Part shown: one piece after another, positions 26,518-38,544 of the stretch | Numbering within the stretch: the stretch's first letter is position 1 | Layout of the letters: each line of letters opens with the position of its first letter | Virus record (IMG/VR): IMGVR_UViG_3300036793_000278 | Location: 1 to 41,276 of that record | Strand: one strand, 5' to 3' | Source: a virus | Taxonomy: Duplodnaviria > Caudoviricetes | DNA: 41,276 nt | The notes under the pieces: generated by a model | Seen by the model: only the letters and a program-made list of their open reading frames with translations | The model's database searches: none | What the model was told of the DNA's origin: nothing | Program-made: the position numbers and the translations under genes

Positions 26518-27815
26518 TGGCATTAAGCGAAGGCCAACTGGTCACCTACGCACTGGACGAGATCATTGAAACCGTTCAGAACCTAACGCCAATGGCGTCC
26601 AAGGTAAACAAATACACCCCTCCTGCAGAGTCTATGCAGCGCTCTGGCAATACCGTTTGGATGCCAGTAGAGCAAGAAGCCCCGACTCAAACAGGCTGGG
26701 ATTTAACTGGTAAAGCAACCGGCGTCCTGGAGCTGTCTGTTAAATGCAACATGGGCGATCCGGATAACGACTTCTTCCAACTGCGTGCCGATGACCTGCG
26801 CGATGAGCGCTCGTATCGCCGTCGCATCAACGCATCTGCCAAGAAGTTGGCAAATAACATCGAAACCGCGATCGCTAAACAGGCTACCGAAATGGGCTCA
26901 CTGGTCGTGCATGACGCTCGCTCTATTGGGCCTACCACCGGTCTGAATGGATGGGATTTCGTATCCGATGCAGAGCGCCTGATGTTCTCTCGAGAGCTAA
27001 ACCGAGACATGGGCCTGAGCTACTTCTTCAACCCGGATGACTATCGTAAATCAGGTCGCGATCTGGTGAACAAAGACATCTTTGGGCAGATTCCTGAAGA
27101 GGCATACCGCAACGGCACCATTCAGCGGCAGGTTGCTGGATTTGATGAGGTTCTACGCTCGCCAAAACTTCCGACTGTTGTAGCTTCAACTGCAACTGGC
27201 ATCACCGTTTCAGGCGCACAGAAGTTTAAGCCTCAGGCATACACCACAGATACCGATGGCAACAAGGAGAACGTCGACAACCGCGTAGCCACCGTCACTG
27301 TTTCTTCATCAACTGGACTGAAGCGCGGAGACAAAATTAGCTTCACCGGCGTTAAGTTCTTGTCTCAAATGGCCAAGAACGTGCTGACAGATGACGCGAC
27401 ATTCTCTGTTACTCGTGTAATCGATGGTACGCACATTGAAATCACTCCAAAGCCGATCGCGCTGGATGACACAGCATTGCTGGCTGAAGAGAAGGCCTAT
27501 GCCAACGTAAACACCTCGCTGGCAGCTGCGATGCCAATCAACCTGCTGAACGTCGCAACCACCACGGCGAACGTGTTCTGGGCTGATGATTCCATTCGCC
27601 TGCTGTCTCAGCCAATCCCGGTAACTCACGAGCTTTTTGCTGGCATGAAAACATCCTCTTTCAGCATTCCTGGCGTTGGCGTTAATGGCATCTTCGCCAC
27701 TCAGGGGGATATCTCAACCCTGTCGGGTAAGGCTCGTATCGCTGTGTGGTATGCAGCTTGCGCAGTTCGTCCTGAAGCGATTGGTGTCGGACTTCCTAAT
27801 CAGACTGCACCATAA
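26517..27815 (+). CDS. Major capsid protein (P22 gp5-like)
   Basis: MAL.EGQ.VT.A.DEIIET..MQRS.NT.WMPVEQE. Confidence 0.95.
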   Translation: MALSEGQLVTYALDEIIETVQNLTPMASKVNKYTPPAESMQRSGNTVWMPVEQEAPTQTGWDLTGKATGVLELSVKCNMGDPDNDFFQLRADDLRDERSYRRRINASAKKLANNIETAIAKQATEMGSLVVHDARSIGPTTGLNGWDFVSDAERLMFSRELNRDMGLSYFFNPDDYRKSGRDLVNKDIFGQIPEEAYRNGTIQRQVAGFDEVLRSPKLPTVVASTATGITVSGAQKFKPQAYTTDTDGNKENVDNRVATVTVSSSTGLKRGDKISFTGVKFLSQMAKNVLTDDATFSVTRVIDGTHIEITPKPIALDDTALLAEEKAYANVNTSLAAAMPINLLNVATTTANVFWADDSIRLLSQPIPVTHELFAGMKTSSFSIPGVGVNGIFATQGDISTLSGKARIAVWYAACAVRPEAIGVGLPNQTAP

Positions 27816-27820
27816 AAAAG

Positions 27821-27846
27821 CAGGGGCTTCGGCCCCTATATCTTTT
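27821..27846 (+). terminator. Terminator after coat gene
   Basis: AGGGGC-TTCG-GCCCCT hairpin. Confidence 0.7.
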
Positions 27847-27856
27847 GGAGAATGAC

Positions 27857-28094
<238 letters not shown>

Positions 28095-28111
<17 letters not shown>

Positions 28112-28598
28112 AGGCGATCTCGTTCTCGCTGCGTTACGTAAGTTGGGCGTCGCCTCGAATGCCACGTTAACAGATGTCGAGCCTCAGTCCATGGAGGATG
28201 GAGTTAACGACCTGGAAATGATGATGGCCGAGTGGTTTGAAGGAACAGAAGATACACATGGAATTGATGCCGGGTATATTTTCTCAGATGATGACATTGC
28301 CCCAGACCCAGGCGACGCCCACGGACTCACAACCGGTAAGTTGAGTGCCGTCTTCCATAACCTCGCCTTACGAATAGCTCCTGATTATGCTGTTGAGCCA
28401 TCTTCGAAGGTGGTAACCACCGCCCGTTATGGGAAGGAGAGATTAATCAGGCTCTCAGCAACATCACGCGCCAGAAATGCCAAAGTGAAGTCAGGGTATC
28501 CAAATCGTATGCCAATCGGCAGTGGCAATCGCCTGGCAACATACAACGGATGGAGCTTCTTCCATCGAAAACCAATAAGCGATAACGGAGAAGATTAA
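28095..28598 (+). CDS. Head completion / DNA stabilization protein (gp4-like)
   Basis: [29 protein letters not shown]. Confidence 0.93.
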
Positions 28599-30019
28599 TG
28601 CCTGTTCAGCAGCTTCCACTAATGAAGGGCGTCGGCAAAGACTTCAGGAATGCTGACTACATTGATTATCTGCCGGTTAACATGCTGGCCACGCCGAAAG
28701 AGGTTATTGGTGCTAATGGCTATCTTCGGTCCTTCCCTGGTATTGTGAAGCGTAACGACGCTGATGGTATATCTCGTGGCGCGATGTTTAATACGCATGA
28801 GAATGCTGTTTATCGAGTATGCGGCGGGAGGATTTATAAGGGGAAAAGCTCCATTGGAAATATTGTTGGCAGCGCAAGGGTAAGTCTGGCTTATAGCTAT
28901 AACAGTCAGGCGGTAGGTGCAAATGGAACAATGACCCTTTATAGATATGACGGGACAGTTAAAACATTGTCGAACTGGCCTGTTTCAAGCGGAAACACTC
29001 AGTATGAACTCGGCAGCGTAAGGGACCTTTGCAGAAACAGGTCTCGCTATGTATGGAGTAAAGACGGCACCGATTCATTCTTCATAAGCGATTTAGAGGA
29101 TGAGTCAAAGCCGGACAGATACAGCGCTCAGTATCGCGCAGAGAGCCAGCCTGACGGCATTATCGGCATAGATAACTGGAGGGACTTTGTTGTTTGCTTC
29201 GGTGCCTCAACGATTGAGTATTTCTCTCTAACGGGAGCAACATCAGCAGTGGGTGCTGCAGTTTATCAGTCTCAGCCATCGATGATGGTTCAGAAGGGCA
29301 TAGCTGGCACATACTGCAAAACTAAGTTTGCCGACTCTCATGCAATCATCAGCCATCCCGCTACCGGAGCCCCATCCGTATACATCATCAACTCAGGTGC
29401 TGCCCAACAGATTGCCACGGCAACTGTAGAGAAGATTCTGCAGAGTTATTCTGCTGAAGAGCTCGCTTCTGGAGTGATGGAAACGACGCGATTTGAGTCG
29501 CACGAGCTTCTGCTAATCCACCTCCCAAAACACGTATTGGTTTTCGACGGCTCGGTCACCGAAGGTGGCGCTCAGTGGTCAATCCTAAAAACCGGGTTAG
29601 GTGATGATGTCTATCGTGGAATTGATTTCTGCTATGAAGGGAACTCAATCAGCTGCGGAGATAAGCTATCTGGGCAGGTTGGTACGCTGAAGACAAACAT
29701 TTCAAGTCAGTACGGCCAGCATCAGGAGCATTTGTTATTTACCCCGCTATTCAAAGCAGATAACGCCAGGGTGTTTGATTTTGAGCTGGAGTCATCGACT
29801 GGTGTCGAGCAGATAGCTGAGAGGATGTTTATCTCCGCTACTGCAGACGGCATCAACTTCGGGCGAGAGCAGATGATTCCATGGAACGCGCCTTTTGTTT
29901 ATGACCGAAGAGCCCTATGGCGGCGGCTTGGCCGCATACGCAAGAATATCGGCTTCAAGGTGCGCATTGTAACCAGTTCACCAGTCACGCTATCAGGTTG
30001 TCAGGTGAGGATTGAATAA
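28598..30019 (+). CDS. Tail hub protein (gp10-like)
   Basis: MP.QQLP.MKG.GKDF.NADYIDYLPVNMLATPKE. Confidence 0.93.
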   Translation: MPVQQLPLMKGVGKDFRNADYIDYLPVNMLATPKEVIGANGYLRSFPGIVKRNDADGISRGAMFNTHENAVYRVCGGRIYKGKSSIGNIVGSARVSLAYSYNSQAVGANGTMTLYRYDGTVKTLSNWPVSSGNTQYELGSVRDLCRNRSRYVWSKDGTDSFFISDLEDESKPDRYSAQYRAESQPDGIIGIDNWRDFVVCFGASTIEYFSLTGATSAVGAAVYQSQPSMMVQKGIAGTYCKTKFADSHAIISHPATGAPSVYIINSGAAQQIATATVEKILQSYSAEELASGVMETTRFESHELLLIHLPKHVLVFDGSVTEGGAQWSILKTGLGDDVYRGIDFCYEGNSISCGDKLSGQVGTLKTNISSQYGQHQEHLLFTPLFKADNARVFDFELESSTGVEQIAERMFISATADGINFGREQMIPWNAPFVYDRRALWRRLGRIRKNIGFKVRIVTSSPVTLSGCQVRIE

Positions 30020-30723
30020 TGGCAGATGAACCGCAAAAAGTAAAAGTTCAGGCGTCAAGGATAGATGCAACAATTCTCCCACCTGGCTTCTCTCTACCTT
30101 ACCGACTGTATGTAATTCAGCAAACAACCGACCTGAAAAACCTTGCTGATGCATCAAACAATGCTAACGACCTTGCGTATCAGGCAACCATAAAGAACGA
30201 AGAGCAGGATGTGATTCTTGCCGATCATGAAAGCAGGATTTCTGCGCTTCGTGTCGAAGTTGATGACCATGAAGTACGGATAACAGGAAATACAGCAGCA
30301 ATCGCTGCACTTACTGTTCGCGTAACGACTGCAGAAGGAAATATAACAACTCTGCAGACTAGTGTTTCCGGACTGACGTCTCGAGTAACTGCGGCAGAAA
30401 ACAATATCACCTCAATTCAGGGCGATTATGTTTCTAAATCTGCAACCGCATCGCAGTCCCTAGCATCTCCATTAAGCGTAACAACCTCGTATTCAGTTGG
30501 TGGCGTTAAGGTTGTTGGCACTCGTAATACAGGTTGGACTGCGTCTACGGGGACAGCATCAAAGGCGGGAATTAACGGAAGTGCTTCATACACTGTTGGC
30601 TCATCTTATTCACAATCAGAAGTGCAGACCATTGCTTCAGGACTGCAGGAAGTACGCAGGTTAGTCGTAGCGCTACAGAACGCATTGGGGGCATCCTCTG
30701 GGCATGGGTTGATAGATTCATGA
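30019..30723 (+). CDS. Tail needle (gp26-like)
   Basis: Heptad coiled coil; DYVSK.AT.SQSLASPL. Confidence 0.9.
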   Translation: MADEPQKVKVQASRIDATILPPGFSLPYRLYVIQQTTDLKNLADASNNANDLAYQATIKNEEQDVILADHESRISALRVEVDDHEVRITGNTAAIAALTVRVTTAEGNITTLQTSVSGLTSRVTAAENNITSIQGDYVSKSATASQSLASPLSVTTSYSVGGVKVVGTRNTGWTASTGTASKAGINGSASYTVGSSYSQSEVQTIASGLQEVRRLVVALQNALGASSGHGLIDS

Positions 30724-31109
30724 TGATCATCGATGAAATTACTGGTTCACAGTTGATGAGGATGTGGGGTGTCGATAGTTGGGTTGATCCTGGTGCCGAA
30801 TATTTTCTGTGGAATGGATGCTGTGTTTTCGCTCTCGTGAATCAGGGCTATTTCCTCGATATACATATTGCAATGGATCGTAAGCGATGGAAAGAGTGCC
30901 GTCTAGCTGGCGCGGAGATACTCAAGCTATTTGGCATGCATAGATTGAGAGCGGTGATAATCACAGACAGACCAAAGGTTTGCAATTACGCCAGACGCAT
31001 GGGTTTCGGCGACCGAACAATACAGACATTAACAACAACTGACGGGCGCGAAAGCGCCTTTTTTATTATGTGGCGCGAGCCGGGAGAATATCATGGGCGG
31101 TGCAATTAG
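30723..31109 (+). CDS. gp14-position virion assembly protein
   Basis: Between needle and ejection genes; DIHIAM motif. Confidence 0.6.
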   Translation: MIIDEITGSQLMRMWGVDSWVDPGAEYFLWNGCCVFALVNQGYFLDIHIAMDRKRWKECRLAGAEILKLFGMHRLRAVIITDRPKVCNYARRMGFGDRTIQTLTTTDGRESAFFIMWREPGEYHGRCN

Positions 31110-31758
31110 TGGTATCGGCGGGGCTGTTTCTGGTGTTCTCGGCGGTATCGGAGCAAGTAAAGCGGCCACGCAGCAGAATAAATACCAAGACCGGGCCATG
31201 GATCAGGTTCGGCAGGGGTACGGACAGGCTGTTGACTGGCTTTCCCCTTATGAACAGGCCGGACAGTCTGCATTAGCAGGGTTACAGGGCCTTGCCGGAA
31301 AACCGATCGACCGTGAAGCATTGTTAAATCAGTACTTCAATAGCAATGAGTTCAACATGCTTGCCAATCAAGCCAGATATCAGGGGCTCAATTCTGCTGA
31401 GGCTACCGGTGGTCTGGGGTCAACATCGACCGGCAATATGCTAGCGTCAATTGCTCCAATGTTGGGTCAAAATTATCTTGCTGACATGACAAACCAGCAG
31501 CAGAACATGTACGCCCAGCTTATGGGGCTTGCTGGCATGGGGGCTGAAAGCGCCAATGCATTGGGCAACTATGCCGTTGGGCAAGGCAACACAATGGCTG
31601 GAATGTATCAGCAGAAGGGACAGATTCAGGCAGGTAAAGCTGCGCTACCGTGGCAGGTTGCAGCAAGTGCGAATAGCAGCATTAACAACGGCGCATCAAG
31701 GGACGTCAATCAATTCACGGGCATGTTCGGCGGCATGATGGGTGGAGGTATGTTCTGA
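31093..31758 (+). CDS. Ejection protein (gp7-like)
   Basis: QARYQ.L..AEATGGLGST.TGN.LA.IAP.LGQN. Confidence 0.85.
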   Translation: MGGAISGIGGAVSGVLGGIGASKAATQQNKYQDRAMDQVRQGYGQAVDWLSPYEQAGQSALAGLQGLAGKPIDREALLNQYFNSNEFNMLANQARYQGLNSAEATGGLGSTSTGNMLASIAPMLGQNYLADMTNQQQNMYAQLMGLAGMGAESANALGNYAVGQGNTMAGMYQQKGQIQAGKAALPWQVAASANSSINNGASRDVNQFTGMFGGMMGGGMF

Positions 31759-33140
31759 TGGCATCTTTTCAGGGTTTGCAGGGTCTCGGTGCCCCCATTA
31801 ATTACTATGACATGATTCCTGATTTTCGTAGGGAAGCTCTCCTTGAGACACAAAACATGCTGGGCCAGCAGCAATTAGTTGGTCAGCAGATGCAAAACCA
31901 ACAGGCGATGCAGGAAAATCAGCGTCGTGACGCATTTTACAATGCCATATCTTCCGCGACACCTGATCAGCTTCCAGCATTGCGCCGACAGTTCCCAGAG
32001 TTTGCTCAAAATATTCAGCAAGAAATTGGCATTCAGGGCTCTGAGCATGCCGCCTTTGTTAACCGGGCGCTAAACAAGCTCTCCGTTGCCGCCTCATCAG
32101 GTGACGCCTCCCAAGTTCAGGCCGCAATTCAACAGAACGCACCAGCTTTGGCAAGCCTTGGAGTTTCACCTGATCAGGCATCTCAGCTATTCCAGCAAAG
32201 CCCGCAGCAGTTCAATAGCCTTCTGAATGCAACTCGCATGGCAACAATGCCGGTTGATAAGCAGTTTGATGTGCAGCAGAAGCAGCAGCAGTTAGACGAA
32301 ACTACTCGCAGTAATAAGGCAGGAGAGTCGATTCAGATGCGCGGCCAAGACATTAGTGCCTCAACTGCTCGCCGCGGGCAAGACATTAGCGCCCAGAACT
32401 CGATGCGATCTGCAGGAGGCGCTACTCCAGCATCTGTTCGTGAGTATCAATACTTCAACAGCCTTTCACCTGAACAGCAACAAACATACCTCCGTGTTCG
32501 TGGTCGACCAGACACTGGAGGCGATAACACTGTGCAGTTAGCAGACGGCAGAACTGTAACCGTATCAGGTAAGTTGCATGGTGCCGGAGCCAGCGCCTTT
32601 TACGAAGGTAAGGATGATGCTGGAAATATGGTCCGCGTTCCTGCCAGTGCAATAGCAGCACCGCCAACGTCTGCGGCCACTGCAACAAACTATGCAATGA
32701 AGAAAGATTTAGATTCGATTATCAATTCTGATTCAGAAAATCTCGATTTCATGACAGGCGTGACGGGCGGAACGGGAGAGGCAGCAAAGTTTGCTGATGT
32801 TCGGAGTCGAGCAAAAGGCGGTGACCAGCGACAGCTTTACAACGCCGCCCAGCGCGTTCAGGGACGCATGCAAAACCAGGGTGTTGCGGCAGCGCGTGAC
32901 ATGGGGGCAAGTGGTATCAATACGGTTGCAGAAGCAAAAATGTACTTCCAAAGTATGCCTCAGGTGGACTACTCAAGCCCAGAGTCACTGAAGGAGTCGA
33001 TGAGAGGCATCCAGGAATACACCGATAACTACAACCAACAGTACAACGTAAACATCGGCGGCGGTAAACAGAGTCAGCCGACGCAGCAAACCTCTCAGCC
33101 TCAACAGGCAAGCGGATATTCTTCTCTATGGGGTGATTAA
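31758..33140 (+). CDS. Ejection protein (gp20-like)
   Basis: Gln-rich, RGQDIS repeats, YSSLWGD C-terminus. Confidence 0.85.
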   Translation: MASFQGLQGLGAPINYYDMIPDFRREALLETQNMLGQQQLVGQQMQNQQAMQENQRRDAFYNAISSATPDQLPALRRQFPEFAQNIQQEIGIQGSEHAAFVNRALNKLSVAASSGDASQVQAAIQQNAPALASLGVSPDQASQLFQQSPQQFNSLLNATRMATMPVDKQFDVQQKQQQLDETTRSNKAGESIQMRGQDISASTARRGQDISAQNSMRSAGGATPASVREYQYFNSLSPEQQQTYLRVRGRPDTGGDNTVQLADGRTVTVSGKLHGAGASAFYEGKDDAGNMVRVPASAIAAPPTSAATATNYAMKKDLDSIINSDSENLDFMTGVTGGTGEAAKFADVRSRAKGGDQRQLYNAAQRVQGRMQNQGVAAARDMGASGINTVAEAKMYFQSMPQVDYSSPESLKESMRGIQEYTDNYNQQYNVNIGGGKQSQPTQQTSQPQQASGYSSLWGD

Positions 33141-35032
33141 TGGCAAAGGCATGGAAAGATGTGATCGCCTCTCAGAAATTTCAGGCTCTCAATCCTCAGC
33201 AGCAAGCGGAGGCGCAAGCGGAATACTTTGATACCGTGGTAGCACCAAAAGTTAGTGGCGACGATTGGGCTGCTGCTCGTGATGCATTCTACTCTGCATA
33301 CCCTTCTTCTGTAGGCTCTCAGGAGGCACCACAGCAGCAACAGGCACCGGAATCTCAGGCAGCTCCACAGCAGCAGGGAGGATTCCTGTCTGACCTTGGC
33401 AATGCTGCCGAGCAGGCTGGTCGAGGTCTGATAAATATCCCGTTTGACGCTTTACAAGGTGGCGCTAGTTTAATTAATGCCATCAGTCAGGGTCTTGGCG
33501 GGCCAAAGGTTCTCGATGATGTTTATCGCCCGGTAGATCGCCCAACTGACCCATATGCTCAGGCAGGGGAGTCCATCGGGAATTATCTAACGCCAGGGCT
33601 TGGAGTGGCAGGCAATATGATTGCTGGATCCATTTCTGATGCAACGAATCAGCAGGGTGATTTTGCTGGAAATGTGGCTCAGAATGCAGCAATAAACCTT
33701 GGTGCTCAGGGGGCTTTATCTGCTGCAGCAAAAGGAATTGGTCGTGGCATTACAGCTTTTAAAGGCTCAATTGCCCCAGAAGCCGCACAGACTATAGCGA
33801 ATGCCGAGTCACTTGGCATTACACCGATGACATCTGATGTAGCTGTACCTGTGAACAATCTTGGTGCTTTTGGTAAGGGGCTCGTTCAGGGTGGTGAAGG
33901 GGCATTGCTAGGAACCGGAGCGCAGCGAGAGGCTCAGCAGGCAGCAAGAAGCAAGGCTGTATCTAATTACCTCGATAAATTTGGAGAGTACAACCCTGAC
34001 GATGTGGTCAAATCGCTAACAAATAATCTAAAAGGGCGCAGGGATGTAGCGGGTAAAGCACTGGATGGCATCACACAAAAGATGGGTACAACACCAGTTG
34101 AAACCTCCAATGCAGTGACCGCGATTGATGACAGCCTGGCTAAACTTAATCGCCTTGGTACTTCCGCAGATAAAAACCTTGTTTCCACGCTGGAAAACTT
34201 AAAGTCAGAGCTCTCAAATCCAAACATTGACTTCGATCTGTTAAAACAGCACAGGACGGCTTTCCGGTCTAATGTTCAGGGGGATGCAATGGTATTTCCT
34301 GACCAGGCAAAGGCGATCACAAACCGCATTGAGAATGCGATGACGAGAGACTTGCGCGGTGCTGTCGGTAAAAGCCTCGGCCCACAAGAGGCAGCTAACT
34401 ACATCAAGGCTAACTCAGATTATTCGAATATCTACAACAAGGTGTTGAACAAGAAGATTGCCACCAACTTGAACAGCGCGACAAATCAGGCAACACCTGA
34501 ACTTATCAATAGCGTCGTGTATAGCCGCAATGCATCAGATATCAAACGTATCTGGCCTGCGCTTGATGATAAAGGTAAGGATGCCATGAGAGCAGCATAC
34601 ATTAGCCGTATATCGGAAAAAACGGGCGGCTCACCTGCTAAGTTCATTACTGAGGTAAACAAGTTAAAACGTCAGTCAGGAGGCGAGATATACAACACCA
34701 TATTCAGTGGAAGGCATATGAAGGAGCTAGATGCTTTACATAATGTTCTCAGAGAGACCTCTCGTGCTGACTCAGCAAATGTTGTTACGCAAACTGGTCA
34801 AGCGCTTGCCAACCCTTTGAGGCTCGGCTCGGGGGTTGCTTCTAGTGGCGCATCTTTGGCGGCAGAGTCTGGGTATGGATTAGCTATGCGAGTCTATGAG
34901 TCGAAACCGGTAAGAAACGCATTGCTGAGGCTTGCTAACACTAAGCCGGGAACTCCAGCATATGAGCGAGCGTTAAACAACGCAGCAAACATAGCTAGAC
35001 CAGTCATAGCTCCTCAGGCGGCGCGAGAGTAA
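33140..35032 (+). CDS. Ejection protein (gp16-like)
   Basis: [11 protein letters not shown]..; [16 protein letters not shown]. Confidence 0.85.
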   Translation: MAKAWKDVIASQKFQALNPQQQAEAQAEYFDTVVAPKVSGDDWAAARDAFYSAYPSSVGSQEAPQQQQAPESQAAPQQQGGFLSDLGNAAEQAGRGLINIPFDALQGGASLINAISQGLGGPKVLDDVYRPVDRPTDPYAQAGESIGNYLTPGLGVAGNMIAGSISDATNQQGDFAGNVAQNAAINLGAQGALSAAAKGIGRGITAFKGSIAPEAAQTIANAESLGITPMTSDVAVPVNNLGAFGKGLVQGGEGALLGTGAQREAQQAARSKAVSNYLDKFGEYNPDDVVKSLTNNLKGRRDVAGKALDGITQKMGTTPVETSNAVTAIDDSLAKLNRLGTSADKNLVSTLENLKSELSNPNIDFDLLKQHRTAFRSNVQGDAMVFPDQAKAITNRIENAMTRDLRGAVGKSLGPQEAANYIKANSDYSNIYNKVLNKKIATNLNSATNQATPELINSVVYSRNASDIKRIWPALDDKGKDAMRAAYISRISEKTGGSPAKFITEVNKLKRQSGGEIYNTIFSGRHMKELDALHNVLRETSRADSANVVTQTGQALANPLRLGSGVASSGASLAAESGYGLAMRVYESKPVRNALLRLANTKPGTPAYERALNNAANIARPVIAPQAARE

Positions 35033-35232
35033 TTATTTTCTGATACGCTTTCGGATCTTAATTTTTCAATTTCTATTTTCATATAAAAAACCTCATCCTG
35101 AAGTTTGGATATGGCTTCTTCATTTGCGTTGCTAATTTTTCTTAGTCCTTCAACTAATGTACCAATTGTTCCTATAGCTATTATCGCGGCAACTGTGAAT
35201 ACGATGAAACCGATGTACACCAGAGTAATCAT
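35014..35232 (-). CDS. Small membrane protein moron
   Basis: N-terminal TM plus coiled coil; AT-rich; AGGAG RBS; extended -10 TGCTATAAT at 35279-35271. Confidence 0.7.
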   Translation of the reverse strand: MITLVYIGFIVFTVAAIIAIGTIGTLVEGLRKISNANEEAISKLQDEVFYMKIEIEKLRSESVSENNYSRAA

Positions 35233-35330
35233 TTTAATCTCCTGAATTCATATTCAACACAATTAACATAATTATAGCAAAGCTACGCAAGTTTAACCTG
35301 TGTGGATTTGCTGCGCCCGGAGCACAATAA

Positions 35331-37193
35331 ATGTCAGATATCACCGCCAATGTTGTAATAAGCATGCCTTCGCAGCTCTTTACCCTTGCTCGCTCCTTTA
35401 AAGCTGTTTCAAATGGCAAAATCTACATCGGTAAAATCGATACAGACCCAACCATCCCATCAAACCAAATACAGATATACCTAGAAAATGAGGATGGATC
35501 TCATGTGCCGGTATCCCAGCCTATCGCTATAAACGCCGGGGGGTTTCCGGTATACAACGGACAGATTGCAAAATTTGTCACTGTGCAAGGTCATTCAATG
35601 GCGGTATATGACGCGTATGGAGTGCAGCAGTTCTATTACCCAAACGTGCTAAAATATGACCCTGACCAGTTAAGAACAGAGCTAGCATCTAACGGCGGCG
35701 CTTCGATTGTAGGCACTGCATCAGGGAACAATCTCCAGACAGAACTCGATTCTTTAAACACTGCAAAGAATAAAATCAATCACCTTGTCTTCTTTGACGA
35801 TTACCCTGGGGTCGTAGGTGATGGCGTTAACGATGATACAGCAGGATTTAATGCCGCAACACTTGATATTGCGAAGCGGGGTGGTGGCACTATCCTCGGC
35901 AGCTTTGGGAAAACCTATCTCATAAAAGGCACCGTTTTATTCGCCTCGAATACACAAATGGATTTCCGCTGGGCAACAATAAAGGGGTTCAGGTCAGGCT
36001 CAACGCTTCCTACTTTTGAGACGGCCACGCTGGAAGGGGACTTACTAGTAAGTAACATTTCGGCTCCCGATGAAACAAAAATTGTTTGGAACTCGACGTT
36101 TAATAATGTTTATGTTGTTGATGCATATACATTCCTGAGAGCTAATGACTTCCTGAAAGGTTGCTGGTTGAAAAATATCAAATTCAGCAACTGCCGACAG
36201 GGTGTTGATGGTAGGAATATGTTCTATTCAGTGTATGAGGACATTTATGCATCAGGAGGAACAGAAGTATCAGTTCCTTTCTTTTCTTTTGGCAAGTCGT
36301 CAAATGCCATAGAATTTAAAAGAGTAACAACTACTGTTGAATGGGCTTACTCTTTCACTGATGGTGGGGCGGCACTATCATGGTCTAACTGTACATTTGA
36401 GGGGGGTAGTCGCGGATTCTCCTTTGATGGTGAGTATCATGGAATGAAGTGGGATAATAACTACTTTGAGGCAATCCGTGGAACTCTGTTCTCATTTTTA
36501 CATTCAACATATATTAATGCTGAGTGGATATCCAATTACATTAATTTCACAGATGTTATTTTTCAGGGTTCTGGCAGCGGCATTGTTCGAGGTATATGGC
36601 ATGAATCAAATGACATTGTAAATGTAGGTGTTGAAGATAATGGATTTACATATAGAGGGTTAGTTGACCTATCTAACCCTGGGACGGTTATGGAATTTCA
36701 CTTACCTCAAGTCATTGATGGATCAACTACAATACCATCTAATATAATTTCAGGGTCAAATAGTAATGTATCATTGATCTCCCATAGATCCGGTGTGTCT
36801 GTCGGGGACATTTTATCTAAAAACATATCAACATCTGGTGTTATCCCTCTTCATTTTTCAGGTGATACAGGTAGAACCTACCCTAATCAGGTTGCATTTT
36901 GTACTCACCAAGCATTTGCCCCAGGAAACACAGATGTAACCGTGCTGCTGGATACAAAAATTGTTTACAGGGATACAACATTTGCAAAATTTAATTTGAT
37001 TCTGACAAGCAGTACAGGAGATGTTAAGTTATATGGTGATATATATGGTGTGAATGTAAATCGCGCAGACCCTAATTCATCCATGGGTATTATAATTAGA
37101 AACGCTGGGGGATTTATTCGTCTAGAGATCGGTGCGTTCACCAGTTCAGGCGGCATTTACACGCTGACCGGTACCGTTCAGGTGTGTAGCTGA
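35331..37193 (+). CDS. Tailspike (P22 head-binding domain plus beta-helix receptor domain)
   Basis: [24 protein letters not shown] head-binding domain; GDGVNDDT beta-helix start. Confidence 0.93.
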   Translation: MSDITANVVISMPSQLFTLARSFKAVSNGKIYIGKIDTDPTIPSNQIQIYLENEDGSHVPVSQPIAINAGGFPVYNGQIAKFVTVQGHSMAVYDAYGVQQFYYPNVLKYDPDQLRTELASNGGASIVGTASGNNLQTELDSLNTAKNKINHLVFFDDYPGVVGDGVNDDTAGFNAATLDIAKRGGGTILGSFGKTYLIKGTVLFASNTQMDFRWATIKGFRSGSTLPTFETATLEGDLLVSNISAPDETKIVWNSTFNNVYVVDAYTFLRANDFLKGCWLKNIKFSNCRQGVDGRNMFYSVYEDIYASGGTEVSVPFFSFGKSSNAIEFKRVTTTVEWAYSFTDGGAALSWSNCTFEGGSRGFSFDGEYHGMKWDNNYFEAIRGTLFSFLHSTYINAEWISNYINFTDVIFQGSGSGIVRGIWHESNDIVNVGVEDNGFTYRGLVDLSNPGTVMEFHLPQVIDGSTTIPSNIISGSNSNVSLISHRSGVSVGDILSKNISTSGVIPLHFSGDTGRTYPNQVAFCTHQAFAPGNTDVTVLLDTKIVYRDTTFAKFNLILTSSTGDVKLYGDIYGVNVNRADPNSSMGIIIRNAGGFIRLEIGAFTSSGGIYTLTGTVQVCS

Positions 37194-37204
37194 ACGATGA
37201 AGGA

Positions 37205-37227
37205 AAGGGCGGGATTACCCCGCCCTT
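37205..37227. terminator. Terminator between convergent tailspike and acyltransferase genes
   Basis: AAGGGCGGG..CCCGCCCTT hairpin. Confidence 0.75.
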
Positions 37228-37229
37228 AT

Positions 37230-38291
37230 TTATGAAACAGATTGTGAATATTTTCTTTTGTTTTTTAAATTCAGAAAATGAATTTCAAAGGCATAGAATG
37301 ATATTGTCGATACAACAAACGCCAACATCAATGATGTAGTGGCCCATATAAATCCTGATTTTTGCATTCCCATCTTGTCAAAGATCATGTCTACAGCATA
37401 AAAACATAATATATGCCACATATACAAACCATAGCTTATTTTTCCTGTATAAACTAATGCCTTGCTGGTGAATAACTTAGTTAGAAAAATATCTTTCCCA
37501 CACTTGTCAAGTTTATATAGTAAGTAAATCAATGGGCTAAATGTCATTCCTAAAGCTGTGAAAAGATACCAACATTTTCCAGCCCACTCTTCAGGTGACC
37601 AGAATGACGAATAACCAACTGAGTGAATTGCGTAAAAAGTAGTGATAATGCCGAACGCAGCCATGACGATTGATATTTTTCCGGCGTTTTTTTCATCTTT
37701 TATTTTTGCGAAAAATGAACCAAGTACCAGCATGTCAACACAGCTTATCAGCGTAACATTAATCATGTATGGAGAATGGTTTGTTAGATTGTATATTACG
37801 ATCCTTGATAACATTGATATTACTATAAGAGACACGAAAGTTTTTGTGTAAAATTTATCTTTGATGAAAAAAATTGCAATCGGCCATAGCCAATAAAACT
37901 GCTCCTCTATGGCTAGAGACCATGTATGACCAAGAAGCCCAGGAGTTTCCCCGGTTAATCCTATTATGTAGTTTTGAAGGTATAAAGCGAACCATATGTA
38001 ACCATCGGTACTTTTACCTAAAATAAGAAGCATTAAGAAGTTTACAATAAGGTAGGCATAGAAAAGAGGAAATATTCTAAGCGATCTATTCAATAGAAAA
38101 TTCCCAATGTACTCTGAAAATGGTTTGTTTTTGTTACTAATTAAAATTCCAGTAATCAAAAAACCTGAAAGGCAAAAGAAAAGTGGAACGCCAGCCCATC
38201 CAAGAGCCAGCCCTGGAATGTGAAGGTGGAATAACATAACCAGAATTACAGCTAGCCCTCTAGCGCCGTCCAATGATGATATATGCTTCAA
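37230..38291 (-). CDS. Acyltransferase-3 family O-antigen/polysaccharide O-acetyltransferase
   Basis: LDGARGLA, FFCLSGFLI, RSLRIFP, HTWSLAIEEQFY, GKISYGLYMWH; multi-TM; same locus as Sf6 oac; TTG start. Confidence 0.88.
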   Translation of the reverse strand: MKHISSLDGARGLAVILVMLFHLHIPGLALGWAGVPLFFCLSGFLITGILISNKNKPFSEYIGNFLLNRSLRIFPLFYAYLIVNFLMLLILGKSTDGYIWFALYLQNYIIGLTGETPGLLGHTWSLAIEEQFYWLWPIAIFFIKDKFYTKTFVSLIVISMLSRIVIYNLTNHSPYMINVTLISCVDMLVLGSFFAKIKDEKNAGKISIVMAAFGIITTFYAIHSVGYSSFWSPEEWAGKCWYLFTALGMTFSPLIYLLYKLDKCGKDIFLTKLFTSKALVYTGKISYGLYMWHILCFYAVDMIFDKMGMQKSGFIWATTSLMLAFVVSTISFYAFEIHFLNLKNKRKYSQSVS

Positions 38292-38544
38292 AGTAACACC
38301 GTTTTAATTAAAAAGTTAAAGGTATCTTAGTTTAAATGTCAGTTTTTGTTCTGTCATCAAATAGCTGCACGTTGTCACTTAGTCGGGATTACGACCGCTT
38401 GAGAGCCTTACCCTCGGAGCACTTAACAGTGTTCCCTCCGGGGGGGAAGGTATGAGGATGAACCAGGTGTGGCACTCATGGGGCAAAAAATTAGCGCAAA
38501 ACAACTCAAGCCACGGATGGTGTCGATTCGGCTTGCGCTAATTA

